Source: Fonticula-like sp. SCN 57-25 (lineage: Eukaryota). Taken from it: DNA of 45,053 bases. The notes beneath the pieces were generated by a model. It was not told where the DNA came from, did no database searches, and saw only the letters and a list, made by a program, of their open reading frames with translations. Where the stretch lies: contig MEDX01000023.1 in the NCBI GenBank assembly GCA_001724245.1, positions 1 through 45,053 on the forward strand, in the 5' to 3' direction. Position numbers and translations under genes: made by a program. Of the stretch, positions 44,783 through 45,053 are shown one piece after another (within the stretch, counting starts at the first letter, position 1; each line of letters starts with the position of its first letter).

Positions 44783-45053
44783 CGGTATCAATACACCCAG
44801 TCCTATTTGTTGCTTGTGTATATTTGCGTTGGAGCACGCTATAAGCGGTGCACATTATCGTCAATGAGACCCTCAAAGCGCACACCATGCCGACCATCGG
44901 TTCTGTCACAGTCTAGGGTTGGTCCTTGTTATTAAATTTCTTCAGGTCACTGATCTTTACAAAGAGGAAGAGCAGTGGAGAGTATCAGAGAAAGAACGAG
45001 AGAGATCAGAGAAGAATTGATGAAGATACAGACGAAAATCAGATCAGATTGCA

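Noticed and set aside
44783-45053. Purine-rich window end as a coding exon or repeat element
   Set aside because: No convincing ORF or splice pattern on either strand; it looks like promoter or UTR DNA of the next gene.

Overview
This is gene-dense eukaryotic nuclear DNA, not prokaryotic: about 31 protein-coding genes in 45 kb, most split by very short (about 40-60 nt) GT-AG introns with a GTRCG donor consensus, and 11 head-to-head gene pairs separated by only 35-240 bp. The gene set mixes fungal-type genes (Byr4/Bfa1, Bud6) with genes lost in most yeasts and moulds (Integrator INTS8, SKA3, SMG5, a U12 intron, E2F/CHR-like promoter sites). This suggests a unicellular opisthokont, plausibly a nucleariid such as Parvularia (inference, unverified). 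Most notable: (1) an intronless 778-aa multipass protein whose C-terminus resembles PHTF/DUF3537-type 7TM ion channels of the insect odorant/gustatory receptor superfamily; (2) an AT-AC minor-spliceosome intron in PCID2; (3) a eukaryotic-type arginine deiminase missed by the ORF track; (4) a sororin-like protein; (5) an OM47-like beta-barrel; (6) readable promoter grammar, including an identical SRE-like 12-mer upstream of INSIG and cytochrome b5 and E2F/CHR sites upstream of cell-cycle genes. Gene models were assembled by eye. Family assignments rest on recalled motifs; no database search was run. No rRNA, tRNA, CRISPR array or mobile element was recognised.
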